Shown: piece after piece, positions 25,791 through 34,671 of the stretch
How the letters are laid out: every line of letters begins with the position of its first letter
Position numbering within the stretch: position 1 is the first letter of the stretch
Assembly: GCA_039738635.1 (NCBI GenBank)
Contig: JBCLLN010000005.1
Span: 1-58,224 of the forward strand
Direction: 5' to 3'
DNA: 58,224 nucleotides
DNA from: Candidatus Saccharimonadia bacterium
GTDB lineage: Bacteria; Patescibacteriota; Saccharimonadia; CAILAD01; BJGX01
The notes under the pieces: model-generated
Databases searched by the model: none
Told to the model about the DNA's origin: nothing
Seen by the model: only the letters and a program-made list of their open reading frames with translations
Position numbers and translations under genes: made by a program

Positions 25791-26769
25791 TAGTGCTAAA
25801 TTAAATCCAGATTTATTCACTGCCAAACTTGAGCTAGTACCTATTCGTAAAGGTTTTGGTGAAGGCTTGGTGGAGGCCGGCAAAAATGATGACTCAGTTG
25901 TGGCACTTACGGCTGATCTGATAGAATCTACTCAGGTAGAGCCCTTTGCAAAAGCATTTCCAGATAGGTTTATAGAGGTTGGGGTAGCTGAACAAAATAT
26001 GGTTACACTCGCCAGTGGCCTAGCGGCTGTCGGGAAAAAGCCATTTACCACTAGCTATGCGAGCTTTAGCCCCGGACGTAATTGGGAACAAATAAGAACA
26101 ACAATTTGCCTCAATGACAGGAATGTCAAGATTATTGGCCATCATTCTGGTGTCTCTGTTGGCCCAGATGGTGCCACCCACCAAATGCTGGAAGACATTG
26201 CTTTAATGCGCGTTATGCCCAATATGACAGTAATTGTGCCTTGTGATAGTATTGAAGCCCGCAAAGCCACCATTGCCCTAGCTAAGACTACCGGCCCCGG
26301 CTATTTGAGAATAGCCCGCGAGAAAACAGCAGTAATTACAACCGATGCGACACCATTTGAGATAGGCCAGGCCCAGCTTCTGAGGGAGGGGAAGGATATT
26401 AGTATTATTGCCTGTGGCCCACTAGTGTATGAGGCGCTATTGGCAGCTAAAGAGCTCGATAAGCTTAACATTAGTACGGAAGTCATTAATTCCCCATCCA
26501 TCAAACCCCTAGACAGCGCGCTAATACTAAGCAGTGCTAAAAAAACCAATAAAGTCATAACTATCGAGGAGGCCCAGGTAGTTGGCGGTCTAGGGGGAGC
26601 AGTCGCTGAACTCCTTAGTGAGTATTCCACTGCCAAGCTTAGTAGGCTGGGCATCCAAGATCGTTTTGGTCAGTCTGGAACAATTCAAGAATTGTGGAAG
26701 GAATACGGCCTAGATAGTAAAGCCATTATTAAGCTGGCTAAATCAATGCATATGGGCCAGAGCAAATGA
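25783..26769 (+). CDS. transketolase, C-terminal (pyrimidine-binding) subunit
   Basis: EVGVAEQNMV and GPDGATHQ motifs. Start set at the ATGA overlap with the N-subunit stop. Confidence 0.9.
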   Translation: MNSSAKLNPDLFTAKLELVPIRKGFGEGLVEAGKNDDSVVALTADLIESTQVEPFAKAFPDRFIEVGVAEQNMVTLASGLAAVGKKPFTTSYASFSPGRNWEQIRTTICLNDRNVKIIGHHSGVSVGPDGATHQMLEDIALMRVMPNMTVIVPCDSIEARKATIALAKTTGPGYLRIAREKTAVITTDATPFEIGQAQLLREGKDISIIACGPLVYEALLAAKELDKLNISTEVINSPSIKPLDSALILSSAKKTNKVITIEEAQVVGGLGGAVAELLSEYSTAKLSRLGIQDRFGQSGTIQELWKEYGLDSKAIIKLAKSMHMGQSK

Positions 26770-27728
26770 ACCTAGATATTATATCGGTCGGGACGGTGGG
26801 CTTTGATATATTCTTTAATAGTAAGAGCCTGAAGCCTAGTATAGTCGCCAAAGATGGCGCTATTGTATTAAATAATGGCAGCACTTACCCAGTAGAGCAC
26901 GCCGTTTACGAAGCTGGCGGGGCAGGGCTTAATTCTGCCATTACCTTTGCTCGTCAGGGTATTAAGACTGGCTGTATAGCTAGGACCGGCAAGGACCATA
27001 TAGCCAACCAAATTAAAATAATAGCCCGCCACGAGGGCCTTGTGTATGAGCTACTTATCAATAATCCAGAGCATCATACAGATATGACCGTCCATATCAT
27101 TACTGATAGAGCCAAAGAGATAGATTTGCGATATAGTAACTCAATTAATTCTATTAGAAGGGCAGATATTAAATTCCCAGGGCTTAGTACCAGATTACTT
27201 TACTTAGCCGAGATACCAGTAGATTTTAAGCTACTTAAGTTTTTCGTGAGTTGGGCAAAGGTCAATGGCATAGAGATTGCAGCTAATATTTGTGATTTTA
27301 AGGGGTATAAGCAAAGGCAAATTAACTATGTCTTATCCAGTCTGGATAGAGTAATGATGCCAATAGCGTCTGCCAGTAAGATATTTAATGATGTCTCTGA
27401 CCATCTTGAAATTATGCGCCAGCTTAATGCACTTGGACCTAAATCAATTTTATTGTATGATGTAGGTAAAGAAGCTTATGCTTTTGAGGATAAAACAGTC
27501 TATAGTTGCGAAACCTATAAGGCAGTTAATCCGCTTGATATGACCGGAGCAGAAGATGTTTTTGCGGCGGGGTATACATCGGCTATGTTTCAAAAGCGTA
27601 GTGTTGCTGAGGCATTGACCATAGCCAGCGCCAATGCTTGCTCAGTAATGGAAGTATACGGAACGCGCTCTGGTATATTAAGAAAGCCCGCATTAGTAAC
27701 AATGAAAGTAACTACAGGAGAAATATAA
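26766..27728 (+). CDS. PfkB-family carbohydrate kinase (divergent)
   Basis: Ribokinase-like fold cues and a degenerate DMTGAEDVF motif. Confidence 0.65.
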   Translation: MNLDIISVGTVGFDIFFNSKSLKPSIVAKDGAIVLNNGSTYPVEHAVYEAGGAGLNSAITFARQGIKTGCIARTGKDHIANQIKIIARHEGLVYELLINNPEHHTDMTVHIITDRAKEIDLRYSNSINSIRRADIKFPGLSTRLLYLAEIPVDFKLLKFFVSWAKVNGIEIAANICDFKGYKQRQINYVLSSLDRVMMPIASASKIFNDVSDHLEIMRQLNALGPKSILLYDVGKEAYAFEDKTVYSCETYKAVNPLDMTGAEDVFAAGYTSAMFQKRSVAEALTIASANACSVMEVYGTRSGILRKPALVTMKVTTGEI

Positions 27729-27733
27729 TAATT

Positions 27734-28750
27734 ATGAATCATAGAGTGGATATACTAAGTATTGGTGATGTTGTAACAGATGCATTTATAGAGTTGCTTG
27801 CTAATGAAGCTAGGGTAGATATTGACTCTAAGACACATCATCCTTTACTGTGCATGACTTTTGGTACTAAAATACCTTTCAATAAAGCCGTAATAGTAGA
27901 TGGAGTAGGCAATAGCCCTAATGCAGCCGTGTGTTTTGCTAAGCTGGGGCTTAATTCTAGCCTTTATGCTAATATTGGCGATGATAAGGTTGGCGAGGAA
28001 ATACTGTTAAGCCTTAGGGCACATAAGGTTTCCACGGAGTATGTTCGTATCAATAAGGGCATGGCTAGTAATTATCATTATGTGCTGTGGTATGGAGCTG
28101 ATCGCACAATACTAATTAGACATGAGCCCTATCCATATATTTGGCCTAACATCTCTCAAGCCAGCGCACCTAGGTGGATTTATCTTAGCTCAATTGGCGA
28201 GAAAGCCCACCACATCCACGATGACATTGTGAAGTATTTATCTGCTAACCCAGATGTTAAGCTGGCCTTCCAGCCAGGTACATTCCAAATCCGTGAAGGC
28301 GTAACAAAGCTCAAGGCGCTCTACCAAAAGGCAGAGCTATTTGCGGTAAATTTGGAGGAAGCGCAGATTATTACAGGCTCACAGTCCAGTGATATCCCAA
28401 CTCTTGTAAGGATTTTACATAGCTATGGCCCTAAAATTGTTGTAATTACCGACGGCCCTAATGGTAGCTTCGCTAGCGATGGAACTATAATACAAAGCAT
28501 GCGGAATTATCCAGACCCCAAGAAGCCATATGATCGCACCGGCTGTGGTGATGCCTATACCGCTACCTTTGTAGCAGCCTTGGCGTGCGGTGAAGATATT
28601 GAGACTGCTCTTCGCTGGGCACCAATAAATCCAATGAGTGTCGTACAGCAACTTGGTGCTCAGGCCGGGTTATTATCAAAGTCTAAACTTCTCAATCTTC
28701 TCGCCCACGCACCCCATAATTATCAGCCCCAGGAAATTGCAAAGGTATGA
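27734..28750 (+). CDS. PfkB-family carbohydrate kinase
   Basis: DRTGCGDAYTATF and GPNG motifs. Start moved to MNHRVDIL, because the longer ORF overlaps the upstream gene. Confidence 0.8.
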   Translation: MNHRVDILSIGDVVTDAFIELLANEARVDIDSKTHHPLLCMTFGTKIPFNKAVIVDGVGNSPNAAVCFAKLGLNSSLYANIGDDKVGEEILLSLRAHKVSTEYVRINKGMASNYHYVLWYGADRTILIRHEPYPYIWPNISQASAPRWIYLSSIGEKAHHIHDDIVKYLSANPDVKLAFQPGTFQIREGVTKLKALYQKAELFAVNLEEAQIITGSQSSDIPTLVRILHSYGPKIVVITDGPNGSFASDGTIIQSMRNYPDPKKPYDRTGCGDAYTATFVAALACGEDIETALRWAPINPMSVVQQLGAQAGLLSKSKLLNLLAHAPHNYQPQEIAKV

Positions 28751-29676
28751 ATAAAATATATGATCTTATTATTATTGGAGCAGGGCCAGCTGGTATGACT
28801 GCAGGGATTTATGCGGCTCGCAAAAAGCTCAAGACATTAATTATAAGCAAGGATATTGGTGGCCAGGCCGGATGGAGTAGTGATATTGAGAATTATCCTG
28901 GCTTTAGTATGGTTACAGGCCCAGACCTAGTTAGTAAATTTGAGCATCATTTGGAGGAGTTCAAGGACGATGTAGAGTTAAGAGTCAGTATCTCTGGTAT
29001 TAAGCAAATATCAAAGAAGGATAATAAATTTATAGTTATCTCAGGCGATGGCAAAAAGGAGCATGCCCGAGCAATTATTATAGCTGGAGGCAGACTACCC
29101 AGAGAGCTTGGTATTCCCGGAGAGAAGCAGTTCCTAAATAAAGGCGTAGCGTATTGCGCCTGGTGTGATGGACCGATATTTAAAGGTAAAGATGTTGTTG
29201 TAGTCGGGGGAGGTAACTCCGCGCTAGATGCAGCTCTTAATTTAAGTAGGTTAGTGAATCAGATATATATTATCAATGTCACCAAAGAACTCACAGGCGA
29301 CCCAGTAATGATAGATAAGGTTATGGCACTTGCTCACATAAGAATAATCAACAACGCCGAGATATTAGCAATTGAAGGGGAGCGAGTGGTTGAGTCAGTG
29401 CGGATAAAGTCTGGCGATGGCGGGCTAGAGAAGGACCTACCGGTTTCGGGGGTGTTTATAGAAGTCGGCTCAATTTCAGCTACCGACTACCTTAAAGATT
29501 TGCTAAAGCTCAATAAGCAAGGCGAAATAATTATAGATGAATATAATATGACCTCTGTAGCTGGTATTTTTGCCGCCGGAGATATTACAGATATAGTAGA
29601 GAAGCAAATAATAACTGCCGCAGGTGAGGGCGCAAAAGCCAGCATCCAGGCATCTCAGTATTTAGCTAAACAATAA
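28747..29676 (+). CDS. trxB: thioredoxin-disulfide reductase
   Basis: Motifs GAGPAG, CAWCDG redox pair, GGGNSALD. Confidence 0.85.
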   Translation: MNKIYDLIIIGAGPAGMTAGIYAARKKLKTLIISKDIGGQAGWSSDIENYPGFSMVTGPDLVSKFEHHLEEFKDDVELRVSISGIKQISKKDNKFIVISGDGKKEHARAIIIAGGRLPRELGIPGEKQFLNKGVAYCAWCDGPIFKGKDVVVVGGGNSALDAALNLSRLVNQIYIINVTKELTGDPVMIDKVMALAHIRIINNAEILAIEGERVVESVRIKSGDGGLEKDLPVSGVFIEVGSISATDYLKDLLKLNKQGEIIIDEYNMTSVAGIFAAGDITDIVEKQIITAAGEGAKASIQASQYLAKQ

Positions 29677-29713
29677 ATACTGCTATAATTAAAATAAGTA
29701 AAGGAGTATAAAC

Positions 29714-29959
29714 ATGGCCAACAATACAGATAAAAAAGTAATTCTATACACAACCCCTACTTGTATGTTTTGTAAGTCAGTTAAGGACTATTTTGCTGAA
29801 AATAACATAGACTATGAGCTGGTTGACCTCGGGGTAGATAGAGATAGAATTAAAGAGATGGTTGCTAAATCTGGACAGATGGGCGTTCCTGTGATTGATA
29901 TAGGTGGTGAAATCATCGTAGGCTTTGATAAGGGTAGGCTAGACGCTCTACTAGGGTAA
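29714..29959 (+). CDS. glutaredoxin-like protein
   Basis: CMFC motif, 81 aa, SD aaaggag. Confidence 0.8.
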   Translation: MANNTDKKVILYTTPTCMFCKSVKDYFAENNIDYELVDLGVDRDRIKEMVAKSGQMGVPVIDIGGEIIVGFDKGRLDALLG

Positions 29960-30053
29960 GAGAGTATTATATTTGATCTATTTTAATATTTGACATAAAG
30001 TACTTATGCTAGTAAGCTTATTAATAATAACAGATAAAAAAAGGAATAATATA

Positions 30054-30218
30054 ATGGCATCAAAAAAATCAGCTAAAAAAACAAAGTCGAAGAGTATTAA
30101 AACACTATTAACTACCGACAACAAAGTTATAGTTGTATTAATGTGCTCTCTTTTTGTAGTTGTTGCAGCTGCTCTAATGTTTACTGGCCTTGTAGGTCTT
30201 GCTGACATCTCTGGATAG
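30054..30218 (+). CDS. possible small Lys-rich single-TM protein
   Basis: MASKKSAKKTKSKS followed by one hydrophobic helix. No clear RBS. Confidence 0.3.
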   Translation: MASKKSAKKTKSKSIKTLLTTDNKVIVVLMCSLFVVVAAALMFTGLVGLADISG

Positions 30219-30439
30219 TTACTAAAGCTAAATATTTAAATAAATAATGCTTGACAATAACCATAAGCTGTTAGAATATAGATATAAGTATTAATTAAAA
30301 AATAAAAGAGATGCTTACAACAAAAAATAAAAAAATACGAATTAAATATTATAGTTCGGAAGCTGAAATTCAGATTTTAGCTATACCTAGACCAACGCTA
30401 TTAAGTGTTGTTCGTTCTATCCTTATTAGCCAATAATAT

Positions 30440-30448
30440 TGCTACAAT
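30440..30448 (+). promoter_or_regulatory. extended -10 (TGcTACAAT) 6 nt before uvrB ATG, leaderless-type
   Basis: tgctacaat + agtagt + ATG(30455). Confidence 0.5.
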
Positions 30449-30454
30449 AGTAGT

Positions 30455-32449
30455 ATGGGTGCTTTTAAGTTACATTCTAGGTTTTTACCTAGTGGAGATC
30501 AGCCTGAAGCCATCAAAAAGCTATCTGGCGGATTAATTGGAGCTAAAAAATCTGAACAAACATTGCTTGGGATCACTGGTTCTGGCAAAACTTTTACTAT
30601 GGCTAATGTCATAGCCAATTATAATAAGCCAACCCTTGTCTTGTGTCATAATAAGACTCTTGCTGCACAGCTCTATGGCGAGTTTAAGGAATTTTTCCCT
30701 GATAACGGCGTGCATTATTTTGTTAGCTACTTTGATTATTATCAGCCAGAGGCCTATATTGCCCGCAGCGATACATATATAGAAAAAGACAGCGCAATTA
30801 ATGAGGAAATAGACAGGTTGCGACACGCCGCCACCGCTAGCTTGCTGAGCCGTAAGGATGTAATAATTATCGCCTCAGTTAGCTGTATTTATGGCATCGG
30901 TAGCATTGATGACTATGCCAAGATGACAATTAAGCTCAAGCTTGGTGAAATGCGCCAGCGCGATAAACTTTTGCGCCAGCTTAATGATATTCAGTATTCC
31001 CGTAACGACATTAGTTTTGAGCGTGGTACATTTAGGGTTAGGGGAGAAAACCTAGATATTTTCCCGGTCGCAGAAGAATGTGCCTATCGCATAGAATTCT
31101 TTGGCGACGAAATAGCTACCATTAAACAAATTGACTATCTTACTGGCGAGGTCATAGGTCAGCTCAAGCAGTTAGATATTTTTCCGGCTAAGCACTATGT
31201 CACTCCTAGAGATCAGCTCCAAAAAACTATCCTAAAAATTCGCGCTGAGGCAACCGATAGAATCGCTTGGTTTAAAGACAATGCCAAGTTCCTTGAAGCC
31301 CAAAGGCTAGAGAGTAGAATTAAGTATGACATAGAGATAATGGAACAAACGGGCTATGTCAAAGGTATTGAAAACTATTCCCGCTACCTTACTAATCGTG
31401 AGCCTGGCGAACAGCCAGCGACACTAATGGACTACTTTCCGGACGACTTTCTAATGATAATAGATGAAAGCCACATGACTATCCCGCAGGTAGGGGGTAT
31501 GTATAGTGGTGATAGAGCTAGGAAGGAAAATCTTATTGAGCATGGTTTTAGATTACCCAGCGCTATAGACAATCGGCCTCTGAACTTCTCTGAATTTGAG
31601 CGACATATTAATAATGTTGTATATATGTCGGCCACACCCAGCACCTACGAGCTCAGCCGATCCGATAATATCACTAAGCAAATCATTCGCCCTACCGGCC
31701 TGCTAGATCCAGCTATTGAGGTCAGGCCTAGCGAGCACCAGGTAGATGACCTGATAGCCGAGATCCGCCAACGAGTAAAAAAACACCAACGAGTGCTGGT
31801 AACTACGCTCACCAAACGAATGTCCGAGGATCTTACCGACTATCTTGCGGAGCTTGATATTAAGGTTCAGTATTTACACTCCGATGTGGATACTTTGGAG
31901 CGCACAGATATATTGAGAGACCTGAGGGCTGGGGTCTATGATGTTTTAATTGGCATCAATTTATTACGCGAAGGATTGGACCTGCCAGAGGTCAGCTTGG
32001 TAGCTATTATAGATGCCGATAAGGAAGGCTTTTTGCGTTCCGAGACATCACTCATTCAGACCATCGGGCGGGCCTCTCGGCACCAGGAAGGCAAAGTTAT
32101 AATGTATGCCGACAATATGACCGGAAGTATGCAACGAGCCATAGAGGTTACCAAAAACCGTCGAGCATTACAAAAGCAATATAACGCCAAAAATAATATC
32201 ACCCCAACTTCTATTAAGAAAGCCATTGCCGAGAGTATGCGCGCCGAAGCTGAAGCCGAAATAACCGATATTGAAGCAATTGATTTTTATAAAGTGCCCA
32301 AAGACGAGTTGGCATATCTGCAAAGACAATTAACCGAGCAAATGGAGCTAGCCGCCGCCAACCTACAATTTGAAAAAGCCGCCGAGCTAAGAGATCAAAT
32401 AGAAGAAATAACAGATATAATAAAAAGTAAGAAGATAGCCAAAAAATGA
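30455..32449 (+). CDS. uvrB: excinuclease ABC subunit B
   Basis: GITGSGKTF Walker A, helicase motifs, C-terminal UVR domain. Confidence 0.95.
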   Translation: MGAFKLHSRFLPSGDQPEAIKKLSGGLIGAKKSEQTLLGITGSGKTFTMANVIANYNKPTLVLCHNKTLAAQLYGEFKEFFPDNGVHYFVSYFDYYQPEAYIARSDTYIEKDSAINEEIDRLRHAATASLLSRKDVIIIASVSCIYGIGSIDDYAKMTIKLKLGEMRQRDKLLRQLNDIQYSRNDISFERGTFRVRGENLDIFPVAEECAYRIEFFGDEIATIKQIDYLTGEVIGQLKQLDIFPAKHYVTPRDQLQKTILKIRAEATDRIAWFKDNAKFLEAQRLESRIKYDIEIMEQTGYVKGIENYSRYLTNREPGEQPATLMDYFPDDFLMIIDESHMTIPQVGGMYSGDRARKENLIEHGFRLPSAIDNRPLNFSEFERHINNVVYMSATPSTYELSRSDNITKQIIRPTGLLDPAIEVRPSEHQVDDLIAEIRQRVKKHQRVLVTTLTKRMSEDLTDYLAELDIKVQYLHSDVDTLERTDILRDLRAGVYDVLIGINLLREGLDLPEVSLVAIIDADKEGFLRSETSLIQTIGRASRHQEGKVIMYADNMTGSMQRAIEVTKNRRALQKQYNAKNNITPTSIKKAIAESMRAEAEAEITDIEAIDFYKVPKDELAYLQRQLTEQMELAAANLQFEKAAELRDQIEEITDIIKSKKIAKK

Positions 32450-33621
32450 GCATTGAAACAACCCCCACCACAGAGCCTACCAACCAAAAGGGTAGTAATA
32501 CTCTATATGATGAACTTGCTCAGATTGCCGCTAGCAATAGAGAGGAAATAGGTATGAAAGAAGAAGCTGAAAAACGCGACCAAGCCTTCCAGAAATATGC
32601 CCCCTATCAGTCAGAATATTATATAAGAGTCAACCAGGAAAGAGTCGATGCCGCCAACACGCCAGCTCACCAGAAAATCAAGGTTGATATTTTTGGAGAT
32701 GGGTCCGTTACCATGATTGCACAGATAAATACTGAAAAGCTCGATCCTGACACCGGCCTGCCGGCTAAAGATCAAATAGAAGAAGGTAAAGTTATAGATG
32801 GGCATGATTATAATCCCGAGGCACAGAGCCATCAGGAATTAGAGGCAGAATTTGCCAAGTGGTTTGCTGAAACTCCCCCCGAGCAGCGAGTGATAGTCTT
32901 TGAAGGCAATAAAGCAACAGCCGAACAACTCAGTACCAGAAAAAATGCTATTGAGGGGAGGGGAGACAGTGGCTTAATTCAGTTTTTAGCCAAAGAAGCT
33001 GGAGTTGAGGTTGTGCAAGCAGAGGTTGATAATACCATTCAGGCCCAAAGAATGGAAGCAGAAGGTATATCCAGAGAGACATCGGCATTGTTCCATACAT
33101 TGCGAAACTTCGCCGCGGCCTACAATGACGAGCCGGTGCCAGATGATCTTAGCATGGATCTTTACGCCGAACTAGCGAATTCATTAGTCAATGGAATTGA
33201 ACTAATACCAGAAGACCAAAAGCAATCATACCAGGATGATCCCGCCAAATTGAAACAACTTAAAGACAAGGTAGCAGCTTTTGTTCCTGGCTGGAACGAA
33301 ACCCTGCAAGCTTCTGGCCTGCCTGTGCTAGAAGTCCGGCCTGATGGCAGTATTGGTTTTGTGGAAGACGAGCGCTTTGCAGAAGGGGTAAGTAATAATC
33401 AAGTAGGCCGTGGAGCCAGCCCCGATGAAGAGTCTACTCCTTTGGAAGAAGTTGGTCGCACCAACATTATTTTGCGCGACCAGCAAATCTTCGAATCTAT
33501 TGCTGATGCAACAAAAGCCGGTAAAAAACCGTTTGTAGTGTATGGCGGCTCACACGTGGTGAGTCTTGAGCCGGTGCTCGAAGAGTATTATGGCTCAATG
33601 GAGTCGAGTATTTCCATGTAA
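32446..33621 (+). CDS. acidic hypothetical protein translationally coupled to uvrB
   Basis: ATGA start/stop overlap with uvrB; 391 aa with no motif I can name confidently. Confidence 0.6.
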   Translation: MSIETTPTTEPTNQKGSNTLYDELAQIAASNREEIGMKEEAEKRDQAFQKYAPYQSEYYIRVNQERVDAANTPAHQKIKVDIFGDGSVTMIAQINTEKLDPDTGLPAKDQIEEGKVIDGHDYNPEAQSHQELEAEFAKWFAETPPEQRVIVFEGNKATAEQLSTRKNAIEGRGDSGLIQFLAKEAGVEVVQAEVDNTIQAQRMEAEGISRETSALFHTLRNFAAAYNDEPVPDDLSMDLYAELANSLVNGIELIPEDQKQSYQDDPAKLKQLKDKVAAFVPGWNETLQASGLPVLEVRPDGSIGFVEDERFAEGVSNNQVGRGASPDEESTPLEEVGRTNIILRDQQIFESIADATKAGKKPFVVYGGSHVVSLEPVLEEYYGSMESSISM

Positions 33622-33673
33622 CTTAACCCTTGAATAATCTTGACATCTAGCGTAGAATTGATAGCTGATTTTG
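33621..33673 (+). repeat. 53-bp direct repeat, copy 1 (contains promoter TTGAAT-17-TAGAAT)
   Basis: Matches 34584-34636 with 3 mismatches. Confidence 0.9.
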
Positions 33674-33736
33674 TTTTAGAGGGACAACGGTGTTAATATA
33701 GTAGGTAATTATCTAAACATAAAGAATGGGGATTAT

Positions 33737-34477
33737 ATGGCGACAGAAGCTCAATTGCAAACGGTTAGAGACCGACTCAAAGACTACAAGAGAAAATACC
33801 TTCGCAAAGAGTTTTCTGTTTTAGACGAATCTGCTACTAGGATAATGACAAATAATTTCCTTACCGAAATTCTTGGCTATCAAGAGCTGGAAGAAATCAA
33901 GACAGAGTATCGCATCAGGTCCGAGTATGCAGATTATGTTATTCAGCTTAAACGAAAGAAACATTTCGTAGTTGAAGTTAAATCGATAGAGCTGGATTTA
34001 AATGACCGGCACTTAAGACAAAGCCTTAGTTATGCTGCAAATGAGGGAATAGACTGGATACTACTCTTGAATGGCCGTCAGATACAACTTTATCGAGTGA
34101 ACTTTGGTAAACCAGTAACTACAACCTTGATATACAAATTAGACCTTATGGATAATGAGGACTTTAAAAAAGCCCCGAGTCTATTATGGTACCTATCAAA
34201 AAGAGCGGTAGAAAGAGGCGAGCTGGAAACATTTTGGAAGAAGACTAATGCGTTAAACCCCGTTAATCTTGCAAAGTTACTTTATTCAGAAGAAATCGTT
34301 AAACGATTACGCAATGACCTCAAAGAGCAGACCGGTATCTATTTTCAGATTGAGGATGTGGTCGAGTCTCTACGAGAGATAATCGCTGAGAAAGTTGAGT
34401 TTCCTAAACCTCGCTTGAGGGTTAAGAAAAAAGTCGATGCACCGCAGGAAGCAGTTGCCGAAAAAATAGTGGAGTAG
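33737..34477 (+). CDS. PD-(D/E)xK nuclease-fold protein resembling the type I restriction HsdR N-terminal domain
   Basis: SEYADYVIQL..HFVVEVKS (D...E.K), then QSLSYA and WILLLNGRQIQLY, as in the HSDR_N family. Confidence 0.55.
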   Translation: MATEAQLQTVRDRLKDYKRKYLRKEFSVLDESATRIMTNNFLTEILGYQELEEIKTEYRIRSEYADYVIQLKRKKHFVVEVKSIELDLNDRHLRQSLSYAANEGIDWILLLNGRQIQLYRVNFGKPVTTTLIYKLDLMDNEDFKKAPSLLWYLSKRAVERGELETFWKKTNALNPVNLAKLLYSEEIVKRLRNDLKEQTGIYFQIEDVVESLREIIAEKVEFPKPRLRVKKKVDAPQEAVAEKIVE

Positions 34478-34492
34478 AGGGTTAGTATAAGT

Positions 34493-34515
34493 CTTCAATC
34501 TATTGAAGGTTTTTA
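34493..34515 (+). terminator. short hairpin + T-run after the inserted gene
   Basis: cttcaat ct attgaag followed by gttttt. Confidence 0.45.
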
Positions 34516-34583
34516 CAATGTAAAGCGTGTCCACTGCTCTAAGTCTGGTGTGTGCTTATCGCCTTAAAAAACAACTCCTCAGC

Positions 34584-34636
34584 ACTTAACCCTTGAATAA
34601 TCTTGACATACAGCGTACAATTGATAGCTGATTTTG
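34584..34636 (+). repeat. 53-bp direct repeat, copy 2 (uvrA promoter TTGAAT-17-TACAAT)
   Basis: Matches 33621-33673. Confidence 0.9.
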
Positions 34637-34671
34637 CGTCCTAATAATCGCTAAAGTCGAGGAGTTAACTA

